Source of the DNA: an uncultured virus (IMG/VR IMGVR_UViG_3300017963_004045)
Lineage: Duplodnaviria; Heunggongvirae; Uroviricota; Caudoviricetes
IMG/VR virus record: IMGVR_UViG_3300017963_004045
Length of the DNA: 64,000 bases
Strand: one strand, 5' to 3'
The position numbers and the translations under genes were made by a program. Each line of letters begins with the position of its first letter. The first letter of the stretch is position 1. The notes beneath the pieces were generated by a model that saw only the letters and a list, made by a program, of their open reading frames with translations, was not told where the DNA came from and searched no databases. Below, piece after piece: positions 29,301 through 38,404 of this stretch.

Positions 29301-29336
29301 AACCGCTTTTACTCAAGGGTTGTTGCGGTTCAACCC
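29301..29336 (-). ncRNA. Intergenic pseudoknot motif, copy 4
   Basis: GGGUUG-AACCGCAA-CAACCC-UUGAGUAAAA-GCGGUU; two compensatory stem changes relative to copies 1-3. Confidence 0.7.
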
Positions 29337-29344
29337 ATTCTGAT

Positions 29345-29384
29345 AGGGAAATTAAAGGGAAAGGGAAGGGGCTTTACGCCCCTC
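29345..29384 (-). terminator. Hairpin plus pyrimidine tract
   Basis: GAGGGGC-GUAAA-GCCCCUU-CCCUUUCCCUUUAAUUUCCC. Confidence 0.55.
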
Positions 29385-29406
29385 ATTCTGCGAGTGTATG
29401 GCTCAC

Positions 29407-30072
29407 CTAAGTCTCTGGGAAGAGTTCTTTCCTCGTCCTATATATCGATAGGAACATGAGGATAGCACTTCCAATCATCAGGATATAGCCCAGAGCAGGG
29501 TTTCCCGACACTACAGAGCCAGTCGGCAGTTCCATCAGAGCACCATCTTCCATCAAGAACTTCAATTGTAGGTGGCTAAGGAACAAGTCCCAAGCATACC
29601 AGAAGTATAGGATGGCAACGATGATGAAGATGACCATCAACCACAGAAGCCATCTCTTTGGGGTCATGAATGCTATTCCCAACATCATGATTCCAGAGAT
29701 GAATGTAAATGCCAGTGTAACGGGGTATATGTATTGAGTCACTGCATCTGCTGGAAGAACGGTCACATTCTCCGAATCTGGAAACAACCAATCCTCAGCA
29801 TTCTCTGTATAATTGAGGTCTGCGTAGTTGATAGAAACCGACTCTGTTAGTTCAGTAGCATTGTCATCTTCGACAGTGAACGACATGCTTAGGTTGACAT
29901 CGAAGTGTCCTGCATTCAGAACGAACTCTGCGTTGCCGACATCTTCTCCTTCATACTCAAGCGGTGCTGTCATTGTCAAAGTCCACAGGGGTAGCAACAG
30001 ACTTGCTATCGCTAAAACCCCTGCGACAAGCATCAGTGGTCTCTTTAGCCTTGTCTCAGCCATAGAAACCAC
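29407..30072 (-). CDS. 4-TM membrane protein
   Basis: LLLPLW after TM1, extracellular loop, three further TMs. Confidence 0.8.
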   Translation of the reverse strand: MVSMAETRLKRPLMLVAGVLAIASLLLPLWTLTMTAPLEYEGEDVGNAEFVLNAGHFDVNLSMSFTVEDDNATELTESVSINYADLNYTENAEDWLFPDSENVTVLPADAVTQYIYPVTLAFTFISGIMMLGIAFMTPKRWLLWLMVIFIIVAILYFWYAWDLFLSHLQLKFLMEDGALMELPTGSVVSGNPALGYILMIGSAILMFLSIYRTRKELFPET

Positions 30073-30073
30073 C

Positions 30074-31090
30074 TCAACTTAGACCCAACATTCCGAGCCA
30101 GTCATACATCCACTGGAGCAGTCCGAGACCCATTATCAGAAGCGGAACGCCCATGCCCATATAGACATAGTTCCACTGCCCTGCCTCAATCCACTGTTGA
30201 TAGGTGGACTTAAAGAGCAGTGCCAGAATCAAGGCAATGACAAAGCCGATACCTATCATCATCATTCCATATTCCTCTGCGGTGTAGCCCGTTTCAACAG
30301 GCACAACTGGGGCAGTTGCGAAGGTTATGTTCGCCCAAGCAGACGAGTCCTCTTCGTCCCAATTTGGATATTCTACCGCATCAGGATATGACCAGAATGG
30401 AAGAGTTCCATATCCGAAGTTCCCATACTTCACCGTGTCACCGAGTTCAAGTTCTCCATGTATGAAGTTCGATATTGGAATGGCGAACTCCCACATAACA
30501 TGGTCTGTGTCTGAATTGATTGAATCATCGAAGTCCGAAGCATACAGACATGGCTTCCAGCCCCAGAAGGTTATGTTATATGGGTCATATTCTAAGGGGA
30601 ATGTTGGAGGTTCAGCACTGAGGGTGATAGGTTCTCCACCCCCACCAAACCATTCCCAAAAGATTCCCCTATGGAAATGATACATTGCTTCCAAGTCTGG
30701 TTCATATGGCTCATACTCGTCATTGTCGTCCTCGTCAAAGTAGAGTTCTATCCAGTCGTCCTCATCGTATGTGTTGTCTGGGCAGATGTCGATACCTATG
30801 TAGAGGAAATCGGCATCGTTCATGAAGTATTCGTAGATGGTATCGTTCAAGTGGCTTGGGTATCCTTCATAGTCAAAATAGACTACAAAGGCATCAGACC
30901 ATTCTCCATTATCGATGTCTCCATCGATTACGGGTGGAACGGTTGCCCATCCAGAATCGATGTCAGTGGTGTAGCCATCTCCATCTGTGTCGATGTCCCC
31001 TGTAGCACCGAGAACGGTGGTTGCAGGGGCAATTGCCATGCACATCACCACGAAGGCGAGTGCAAACATTCCAAGTATTTTACTCTTCAT
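30074..31090 (-). CDS. CBM9/DOMON-like sugar-binding surface protein
   Basis: Signal peptide; PVIDGDIDNGEWSDA, NDADFLYIGI, IELYFD, WEFAIP; two C-terminal TMs. Confidence 0.75.
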   Translation of the reverse strand: MKSKILGMFALAFVVMCMAIAPATTVLGATGDIDTDGDGYTTDIDSGWATVPPVIDGDIDNGEWSDAFVVYFDYEGYPSHLNDTIYEYFMNDADFLYIGIDICPDNTYDEDDWIELYFDEDDNDEYEPYEPDLEAMYHFHRGIFWEWFGGGGEPITLSAEPPTFPLEYDPYNITFWGWKPCLYASDFDDSINSDTDHVMWEFAIPISNFIHGELELGDTVKYGNFGYGTLPFWSYPDAVEYPNWDEEDSSAWANITFATAPVVPVETGYTAEEYGMMMIGIGFVIALILALLFKSTYQQWIEAGQWNYVYMGMGVPLLIMGLGLLQWMYDWLGMLGLS

Positions 31091-31100
31091 GTTCATCACC

Positions 31101-32138
31101 TCAGATTAGATAGCCAACCCAGTCGTAATACCACTGGAGCAGTCCGAGAGCCAAGAGCAGTGTAGCCACTCCGTATAGCCCCCAAATCATCTTGTCCTTG
31201 CCTTTCTCAATCTGTTCCAAGACCCATTCCCTAAAGAACAAGGTCATGACAAGAATGAATACGAAGCCGATGCCAATCATTATCATGGCATAGTCATTCG
31301 CAGTCAATCCTTCAGGTGCAACCGCAGGTTGCGAAGCCAGTGTGACTTCAGCCCAGTCGCTTGAGTCCTCATAGAAGTCTGGGTCATCTGGGTCGAGTTC
31401 TATTGGATACCAATAGTCCTCATCACCATAATCCAGACCGCCCCAAACCATGAACCTGAAAGCATCATCTGTTCCCATTTGTTCCTCCCAGTTCTGTAGA
31501 GGTATCTGCAATTCCCATATGTAATGGTCATCCTCAGAGTTCACCGTCTCATCGAAACCAATAGCCCAGAGAATAGGCTTGTTGCTGAAAATGGAAGCAT
31601 TGAACGAATCCTCATCGAACTCAAAGGGAGATATAGGTTGGACAGCACCAAATGTTCCCTCTCCACCGACATCCTTAGACTGTGGCTCTCCAGAACCACC
31701 TCCAAAGATTCCACCGCCCTCTGAGAATCCGTATACGAATTGTTCATTTCCATCCTCATAGTCTGGCTCGAACTCATCATCGTTGTCCTCATCAAAAGCC
31801 ATCTCGAAGCCTGTCAAGTCCTCCGTGTAGTTGTAAGGGCAAAGGTCGATGGCAAGGTAGAAGAACTCGGCATCGTTTCCAAAGTATAGATATATACTTT
31901 CGTTCTGGAAGTTAACCCAGTCATCCACTTCGTAGTCGATTTCAACGACTGTTGCGTTTGCATACTCGTTGATGTCTATGTCCCCGTCCACAGTGGGAGC
32001 GAGGTCAAGCCATCCACAAGTAAACTCGTCCTCATAGTTCGTTCCCTCGTCCATTGTTCCAGCCATAGCAATCATAGGACTGACTGCCATGACCATCACA
32101 AGGGCGAGGAGTGTTGCTATTATTGTTTTAGTTTTCAT
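31101..32138 (-). CDS. CBM9/DOMON-like surface protein, paralog of 30074-31090
   Basis: PTVDGDIDINEY, NDAEFFYLAI, WELQIP; shared LGLLQW.YDW tail. Confidence 0.75.
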   Translation of the reverse strand: MKTKTIIATLLALVMVMAVSPMIAMAGTMDEGTNYEDEFTCGWLDLAPTVDGDIDINEYANATVVEIDYEVDDWVNFQNESIYLYFGNDAEFFYLAIDLCPYNYTEDLTGFEMAFDEDNDDEFEPDYEDGNEQFVYGFSEGGGIFGGGSGEPQSKDVGGEGTFGAVQPISPFEFDEDSFNASIFSNKPILWAIGFDETVNSEDDHYIWELQIPLQNWEEQMGTDDAFRFMVWGGLDYGDEDYWYPIELDPDDPDFYEDSSDWAEVTLASQPAVAPEGLTANDYAMIMIGIGFVFILVMTLFFREWVLEQIEKGKDKMIWGLYGVATLLLALGLLQWYYDWVGYLI

Positions 32139-32178
32139 ATCTTTCACCTCGTAGGTTTTACCCAACCAATTAGGTTGG

Positions 32179-32637
32179 TTAGTCCCACAACTCCTTCAAC
32201 CCCTGAAGTGTCATGACCACGCCCATGATGATACCAATCATCTCTGGGTAGGTGTTGCCGATTGCTCCCATTAGAAGCAGTATGCCTCCAATGATGAGTG
32301 AACCAACACCCATGAAGTCCCACTTAGTCGGGGTTATGTTGCGTTCTTCGATTACCTCGTATGCACCCCACACGAGGAAAACCGCTACAAGCACCCAGTA
32401 TTCATAGGGCGAGGCGAACAGAATCCCAAACGGCAAAACACCGAGTAGAATAATGAACAGATAGTTCCTGTTCATGTCCTCTCCACCCATGAACTCTGCG
32501 AGTGCTATCGCCCAAAGTCCGAATGCGAGGAATACCTTCCACCAAGCATTCGTCATTCCTGCCAGAAGCAGGATGAGTATGCCCAGTCCGATATATCCCC
32601 ATGCGAACTCACTGTCATGGTTTTTTCTTACTACCAT
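32179..32637 (-). CDS. Multi-TM membrane protein
   Basis: GGAGGTA SD; about 6 hydrophobic segments. Confidence 0.8.
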   Translation of the reverse strand: MVVRKNHDSEFAWGYIGLGILILLLAGMTNAWWKVFLAFGLWAIALAEFMGGEDMNRNYLFIILLGVLPFGILFASPYEYWVLVAVFLVWGAYEVIEERNITPTKWDFMGVGSLIIGGILLLMGAIGNTYPEMIGIIMGVVMTLQGLKELWD

Positions 32638-32698
32638 TTATTTCTACCTCCTATTCGAGTTATTTTTATTTTTTCTTCATCTCCTCTTTTCATGATTT

Positions 32699-33205
32699 CT
32701 ATACTCCTAATGTTGGAATGTTGCCCGTCAGTAGGGCATTTATGATGTCGTTCATCCGACCTAACCATCCTGAATAGTTAGCCACGAAGCAGATAATCAG
32801 GAAGAGCAGTCCTTTCCCCGCATCATCCCAAGTCAGTCTACCGTCTGCCCCTATCCAGAACATGAAGGCAAATATGATTGTGAAGGTCATGACCCCATAC
32901 GAGAATGGGCATACACCAAGAGCCTGTGTAACTAAGCCAAATACAAAGTATACGGCTATCAGTCCCAGAAACGAGAAGAAGTATGCCGTCAACTTCCTTC
33001 TGATGCTCCAAAGTATGCTCACTGTAATGAAGATTATACTGGCTACAGCCAATACTGTCTGGGTATCGACATCCTCCGAGACACTCCCGAATATGAATAA
33101 ACCAACGAGTGTTAGAATGCCAAAGAGGAACATAGTCTTGGCTATCTTATTGCCTTCCTTTTCATCCTCGCTTTGAGATTGTGTTAATTCCCAGTCCTTC
33201 TTCAT
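32699..33205 (-). CDS. Multi-TM membrane protein
   Basis: About 5 hydrophobic segments. Confidence 0.8.
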   Translation of the reverse strand: MKKDWELTQSQSEDEKEGNKIAKTMFLFGILTLVGLFIFGSVSEDVDTQTVLAVASIIFITVSILWSIRRKLTAYFFSFLGLIAVYFVFGLVTQALGVCPFSYGVMTFTIIFAFMFWIGADGRLTWDDAGKGLLFLIICFVANYSGWLGRMNDIINALLTGNIPTLGV

Positions 33206-34437
33206 TTCTTACCCCATGTGAATCCTTTAAGTCCAAAGACCCCCTCTTCGTTAAGATAAAGCATGATGGTCGCTACAAGCCCAAGAGACAAAATGAGCAG
33301 AATATTCACCCAACCAGTATCAACTACAGTTTGCGACTCAATCTCTGGAATAACAAATGCCCCCTCATACTCCTCATAGGTCATATACACAACATCGTGT
33401 TCGTATGGTGTGGAACTTCTTGTCGGAGTAAAAGCCTCAAATTGCTCCCACACAATCAGGTCTGAGGATATTCTACAGTTCCACCTTTGCCAAGTGTCAT
33501 TCGTAGCCTTAGAGAATGATTCCTGAAATTGACTGGTAGGTATCTCAGTCATTAGGATTTGGTCAAAACCATAACTCCAAGTGTATTCACTCGTCATGAC
33601 AATGTTATCCTCATATATGTCAGACTGAGTAGAACCAAGCCAGTAGGGGTCATCATTGAAGAACGAATATGTTCTATTAACCTCGATATTGTAATAAACA
33701 GAAGTCCAAATACCGTCAACGAAGTCACTGTATACTACATTGTTACCGCTTATGCGTGGTCTCTGAATGAAAGGTCTGTCTACGACCAGTGTTGTAGTAT
33801 TCTCTTCGATATTATGAATATAAAGCCCCTCATTATAGACATTGAAAACAACATAGTTGCCATCAATATCATGGGTAGTATCCCCAAGAACATCTGATAT
33901 GGAATATTCTGTTGCTGTATCAAGGTGACGCAATATAAGTGAAGAGTAATTATGATAGACCAGAATGTTATCATAAATTCTTGGTAGATAGCAATTCTCA
34001 TCTGGGTGGTCTACAAGGATTGATGTAACATTCGATGTCAGGTCTTTCATCCATATATTGAAATAGTAAGGAGAATCGCTGTAATCAACCTCGCACCAGA
34101 CAACCCTATCTCCCCAGATATGAGGTAGCCTCTGTTCTGTTGTGCGATTATCGATGATAGTCCGACTCTGTTCGCTGACATCGAACATTGCGATGTCATT
34201 GTTAAGTCCACTTACTTTTCTCATGTAGACTATCTTATCTCCGTATACCTCTGGTAACTGTTGCCAGTTCCATTCATCATCAAGGTCTGCAATCTGCACT
34301 TCTCCAAACTGCCAGAGTTCGTCATCGGAGACCCAATCAACTGTCTGAACCTCAGTGGTAATGATAGGCTGTGTTAACAGTATGCCTATGATGACCACCA
34401 GAAGCCCAATTATCACATAGTCTTTCATATTTGCCAT
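33202..34437 (-). CDS. Beta-propeller surface protein, class B
   Basis: GAGGTGA SD; QRLPHIWGDRVVW; IPEIESQTVV before a single TM. Confidence 0.85.
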   Translation of the reverse strand: MANMKDYVIIGLLVVIIGILLTQPIITTEVQTVDWVSDDELWQFGEVQIADLDDEWNWQQLPEVYGDKIVYMRKVSGLNNDIAMFDVSEQSRTIIDNRTTEQRLPHIWGDRVVWCEVDYSDSPYYFNIWMKDLTSNVTSILVDHPDENCYLPRIYDNILVYHNYSSLILRHLDTATEYSISDVLGDTTHDIDGNYVVFNVYNEGLYIHNIEENTTTLVVDRPFIQRPRISGNNVVYSDFVDGIWTSVYYNIEVNRTYSFFNDDPYWLGSTQSDIYEDNIVMTSEYTWSYGFDQILMTEIPTSQFQESFSKATNDTWQRWNCRISSDLIVWEQFEAFTPTRSSTPYEHDVVYMTYEEYEGAFVIPEIESQTVVDTGWVNILLILSLGLVATIMLYLNEEGVFGLKGFTWGKK

Positions 34438-34450
34438 CTTTTTCACCTCT

Positions 34451-35743
34451 TCAACCATATAGACCCCAATAGATTAGTATGGCTATAATTATACCCGCAC
34501 TCACTATCAAGCCTATGTTCAATCTCTTGCTTATCCTCTTGGTATGCTCCCATTTGAAGTAATACCCTTCTACGAAGAGCAATATTGAGATAACCAGAAT
34601 AATAGTAACAATCCACCACCAATTGTCCACGAGGAACTCTTCTGGAGACGGTGGGGGCGGTGGAGTTGGAGTTTCAATCTCAAGAATCTCCATGTAGTAA
34701 AGGTCATACTGGGTCAAAGAACCAGTTTCTTGGTTCGCAAAAACCACTATGCCGTCAGATACACAAACCCCTCTCGTTCCAGCAGTATCGAATAGTTCAG
34801 AGGAAATCATGTCCTCTGTCTCGATATTGTAAGCCCAAATCTTCCAACCTCCAGCAGAAGCATCATGTTGATTCCAGACTACCCAATCTCCCCAAATATC
34901 AACATTAACATTATATGTGAAACTTTCGGCAGTGCCGTTCTCAACTATATGTGTTGTTCTACCAGTATTCATATCGTAAAGATTTATCTCTATTCCACCT
35001 GAATTATATAGATAATATGCATAATAGTGACCATTTATGTCCCCCGCATTATGAGATATTGAAGAACCAGATTGGGAATCAACCAAGATAGTCTGGTTAG
35101 TAGTAATCTTATGAAGATACCAACGAATATCTGAAGCACCCCAATACTCCCTAATCATTATGTAATCGCCATATCTCTGAATATAGCCAGTTGAATCAAA
35201 CAAATCATGCCTAACAGTAGTTGTGACATCCGTAGTGAAATTATGGATATAGATTTTATTTGAAAGTGTGTAAACAATCTCATCTCCCCAAACATCAAAG
35301 GGAGACTCTTCATGTCCTACAATGGGCACATCATAGAGTTTCCACTCTGTAAGATTGTTGAGATAGATGCCCTCATACGCCTCATGGTCAGTCGTATACT
35401 GATTCCAACCGACATTGTTACCCCATATGGCAGGTTGCCACTCTCCATATATCTCAGACTCCAGAACGAAAACACTGTCAGAAGTGAAGTTGTATCCATA
35501 GATGTCATCATTCAACGCCCTATAGTCAGACCAAACAACAATGTTGCCCCACATATCTGGGTCATATTGGTCTTTATTATGCTCTATAATGGTGTAGACC
35601 TCACTGAACTCATACGAGATGTCCCCAGTGGCAAGTGTATTAATCTGCTGTCTGCTCATGGGATTGAATGTCACTATGACAACAATCAGCAACAGCAATA
35701 TGACAATCACGGTTTTCAGTCCCGACTTCTTATCTTCACTCAT
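34451..35743 (-). CDS. Beta-propeller surface protein, class A
   Basis: QYDPDMWGNIVVWSDYRALNDDIYGYNF; Pro-rich linker; two TMs. Confidence 0.9.
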   Translation of the reverse strand: MSEDKKSGLKTVIVILLLLIVVIVTFNPMSRQQINTLATGDISYEFSEVYTIIEHNKDQYDPDMWGNIVVWSDYRALNDDIYGYNFTSDSVFVLESEIYGEWQPAIWGNNVGWNQYTTDHEAYEGIYLNNLTEWKLYDVPIVGHEESPFDVWGDEIVYTLSNKIYIHNFTTDVTTTVRHDLFDSTGYIQRYGDYIMIREYWGASDIRWYLHKITTNQTILVDSQSGSSISHNAGDINGHYYAYYLYNSGGIEINLYDMNTGRTTHIVENGTAESFTYNVNVDIWGDWVVWNQHDASAGGWKIWAYNIETEDMISSELFDTAGTRGVCVSDGIVVFANQETGSLTQYDLYYMEILEIETPTPPPPPSPEEFLVDNWWWIVTIILVISILLFVEGYYFKWEHTKRISKRLNIGLIVSAGIIIAILIYWGLYG

Positions 35744-36386
35744 TTACAAACCCCCAGTCGTTTATTCTACCTCTGGTAATCCAGTAGGCTACGATTCCGA
35801 ATATCGCAAGGAAACTCAGAAGTCCAGCCACATGCTCAACACCAATGGAGAAAGGCTCGTCAATCTCATTGACTTGAATCTCTCCATCAGTTTGCTGAAG
35901 CAAGACATTCCTTCCAGCGTCCTCTACGATAACGAAACTGTTAGTGGAAACAGCCACCGTTATATTCTGATATTCGTAGACATAGACTGCATTGTTTTCC
36001 TCGTCAACAAACGAGCCAATATATATGAAATCCCAGACATCGAAAGTTATGTTCTCCTCAAGGTCGAAGTGACCCCCTGTAATGTTGCCGAAGCGATAGT
36101 CTGGCTCGTCAAATACACCTGACACGGAATGTGCAAGATAAACATATTCAGTCCCGTTCACTTCCACGATGTCTCTAATCATGAATGAATCTGAGTAAGA
36201 GAAACCTGTGTGTAGGACAAGAGTATATTCATCGTTGACGAAGGCAGTTTCCTCGTCTTGGACGAATACACTCTGTCCTTTGTGTATGTTTTGGCTGAGG
36301 TATCCAGCAACTGTTTGGTTGCCGTGTGCAAATATCACAAGCAAGATTATCGCAATGACGCTCAACATTACAGAGACCTGTCTCAT
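35736..36386 (-). CDS. Membrane-anchored beta-rich protein (N- and C-terminal TM)
   Basis: GAGGTGA SD; hydrophobic termini. Confidence 0.75.
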   Translation of the reverse strand: MRQVSVMLSVIAIILLVIFAHGNQTVAGYLSQNIHKGQSVFVQDEETAFVNDEYTLVLHTGFSYSDSFMIRDIVEVNGTEYVYLAHSVSGVFDEPDYRFGNITGGHFDLEENITFDVWDFIYIGSFVDEENNAVYVYEYQNITVAVSTNSFVIVEDAGRNVLLQQTDGEIQVNEIDEPFSIGVEHVAGLLSFLAIFGIVAYWITRGRINDWGFVNE

Positions 36387-36398
36387 TCTTCATTCACC

Positions 36399-38393
36399 TC
36401 AAGGGGCAGGGAGTTCATCTCCTTCGCTTCCGAAATGGAAGTCTTGTGCGGTCTGTGTCGGGATTTCATCATTGATGACAAGCACAAAGCGGTCAACTTT
36501 ATACATATCATATTGGTTACTGCTCTCCTCAACATATTGATATTCATCCATGAAAAAAGCCCAGACATCTCCTAATTCTTGGTCGGTAAGGACTTCATCC
36601 TCCGTAACATCTTCCCACAGGTATGGGAATTCCCTGTATGAGAACTGTGTTGGAATATAGTTCTCAGACCATACATTGAAATAAGTGAAGAACTCAACAC
36701 CAATATATATAGACTCATTAGCCGTTGGCTTTGTCGAGAATACAGCAAATTCTATCTCACGATATTGAAGTGTAGATAATGCTAATGTGACTTCTCCATC
36801 TGTGGTAGTAAATGTCCTATTAGATAATGTGTTATTTGTAGGCAAGGGTGCAACATAGACAGATTCTCCGCTATCCGATGTAGAGAAGGCTATTCTATAC
36901 TGATGACCCATGTAATATAGTTCAGTAGCACCCACAAGAACCAATCGATTTTCAGTGTCCTTAACAACGCCACCATATCTAAATGCTGGAAGGTCTATCT
37001 CTTGGAAGAACTGTGCCATAGAACCAACAATCTGGTTGAACATGGACTGTATCTGATTCTTTATGACGAACATCTGGTTTCCACCACCTATAGGCAACTG
37101 AGTCCAACCATACCAATCTTCATGCCTTGTGGAAGTTTCAAAGTCCCCCTCTGAAATGCCCCCTATAAACTGTCCTGTAACTGTTACATTCATCCCAAAT
37201 GTGTAATTGTCAAAGATTATCTTTCCTTGCCACTCTTCCCACTCAGGATGATGGAAATAAAGTCCAGTAAGCCCAGAACTGGGGTCATAATAGACATCAT
37301 CCATGTATCCATCCCAAGAACCTTCATCATGGACATACTCAGGGGTTGCGGAATATGTGACTCTGACCTTGTAAATAACGGGTGTTAGATGAACAGTAAT
37401 ATCGGGGTCTCTTTCCAGTTCCTCGACCTCGTTATATGTAACACTGGCGATTTCCTCAGTGATGGTAAAGTTCCCTGTGAACTGACGATACATGCTCCTC
37501 TCAGCGATGAAGTCCCACTCACCTATGGTGAGGTTCTTGAACCAAGCCATCCCATTGTTATCTGTGTATTGCACCATGTCAGCCCGTCCCCCAGTTTCCA
37601 AGTCATAGGCTAAAACGGTAATTTTCACATGGGAAACTGGGTATCCTGTCCCAATAGTGCCATTGAGTTGCATTGTATGTGTCTCGTTATCACTGTAACC
37701 AACAAAGTCATCTACAGCCAAGTTTTTAACGGTATTTGAACTGGAGAAGAACTCGTCTAACACGCATATCTTCACGCTTGTCTGTGGCAGAACAGACGGG
37801 TCAGTGGCATTCCCATTGACATCAGTTCCAACAGTCTCGTTTGAACCGACACCACTGCCAGTCCCACCATCATTTCCCCTATTGACATCTGGCAATTGGG
37901 AAGCATATCCCCACCCCGAAGCAATGAGAACCACGAGGAGAACGATTACTGCAACAAGGAATACAGGTCTCCAAGAGAAAGCATTGCTCAGGAATCCTCT
38001 GCTTTCCTTCGGAACGAAACGAGTAGTATAGAGATAAGCAATTATCAGCAGACTTGGAATGAGGAAGAGCAAGTCTATCCAGAGCGAAACTCCAACTATT
38101 AGCAACCAGAGGAATGCTACGAGTATGAACGGAATCATCAATAGCAGGAACACGCCAAGACCTATCTTAGAGCCTCTGGAAGCGTTTCTCCAACGCTCAG
38201 TGAGGGTCTGTCCATTACTGGCACTTGCGAGTCCAAATAGCATTGGAACTACGACAGTTACCCCAAGAATCACAGTCAATCCGAGAAAGCCCAAGAAAAG
38301 CCCTGCTATGACGAATATGAAAGCATATGCTCCAAAGCCCGTCCAAAGGCTCTTCTTCATTCGCCTCATTTTCCAAGTTAGATTTTTCTTCAT
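36399..38393 (-). CDS. Large membrane protein (~5 N-terminal TMs plus carboxypeptidase-regulatory-like Ig domain), paralog 1
   Basis: YTDNNGMAWFKNLTIGEWDFIAE; shared N-terminal TM architecture. Confidence 0.8.
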   Translation of the reverse strand: MKKNLTWKMRRMKKSLWTGFGAYAFIFVIAGLFLGFLGLTVILGVTVVVPMLFGLASASNGQTLTERWRNASRGSKIGLGVFLLLMIPFILVAFLWLLIVGVSLWIDLLFLIPSLLIIAYLYTTRFVPKESRGFLSNAFSWRPVFLVAVIVLLVVLIASGWGYASQLPDVNRGNDGGTGSGVGSNETVGTDVNGNATDPSVLPQTSVKICVLDEFFSSSNTVKNLAVDDFVGYSDNETHTMQLNGTIGTGYPVSHVKITVLAYDLETGGRADMVQYTDNNGMAWFKNLTIGEWDFIAERSMYRQFTGNFTITEEIASVTYNEVEELERDPDITVHLTPVIYKVRVTYSATPEYVHDEGSWDGYMDDVYYDPSSGLTGLYFHHPEWEEWQGKIIFDNYTFGMNVTVTGQFIGGISEGDFETSTRHEDWYGWTQLPIGGGNQMFVIKNQIQSMFNQIVGSMAQFFQEIDLPAFRYGGVVKDTENRLVLVGATELYYMGHQYRIAFSTSDSGESVYVAPLPTNNTLSNRTFTTTDGEVTLALSTLQYREIEFAVFSTKPTANESIYIGVEFFTYFNVWSENYIPTQFSYREFPYLWEDVTEDEVLTDQELGDVWAFFMDEYQYVEESSNQYDMYKVDRFVLVINDEIPTQTAQDFHFGSEGDELPAP

Positions 38394-38404
38394 ATTATCA
38401 CAGC

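Noticed and set aside
1799..29336. Known ribozyme or riboswitch (pistol, HDV-like, SAM-II, preQ1)
   Set aside because: Required conserved cores or extra helices were not found by eye; an Rfam search is needed for a firm exclusion
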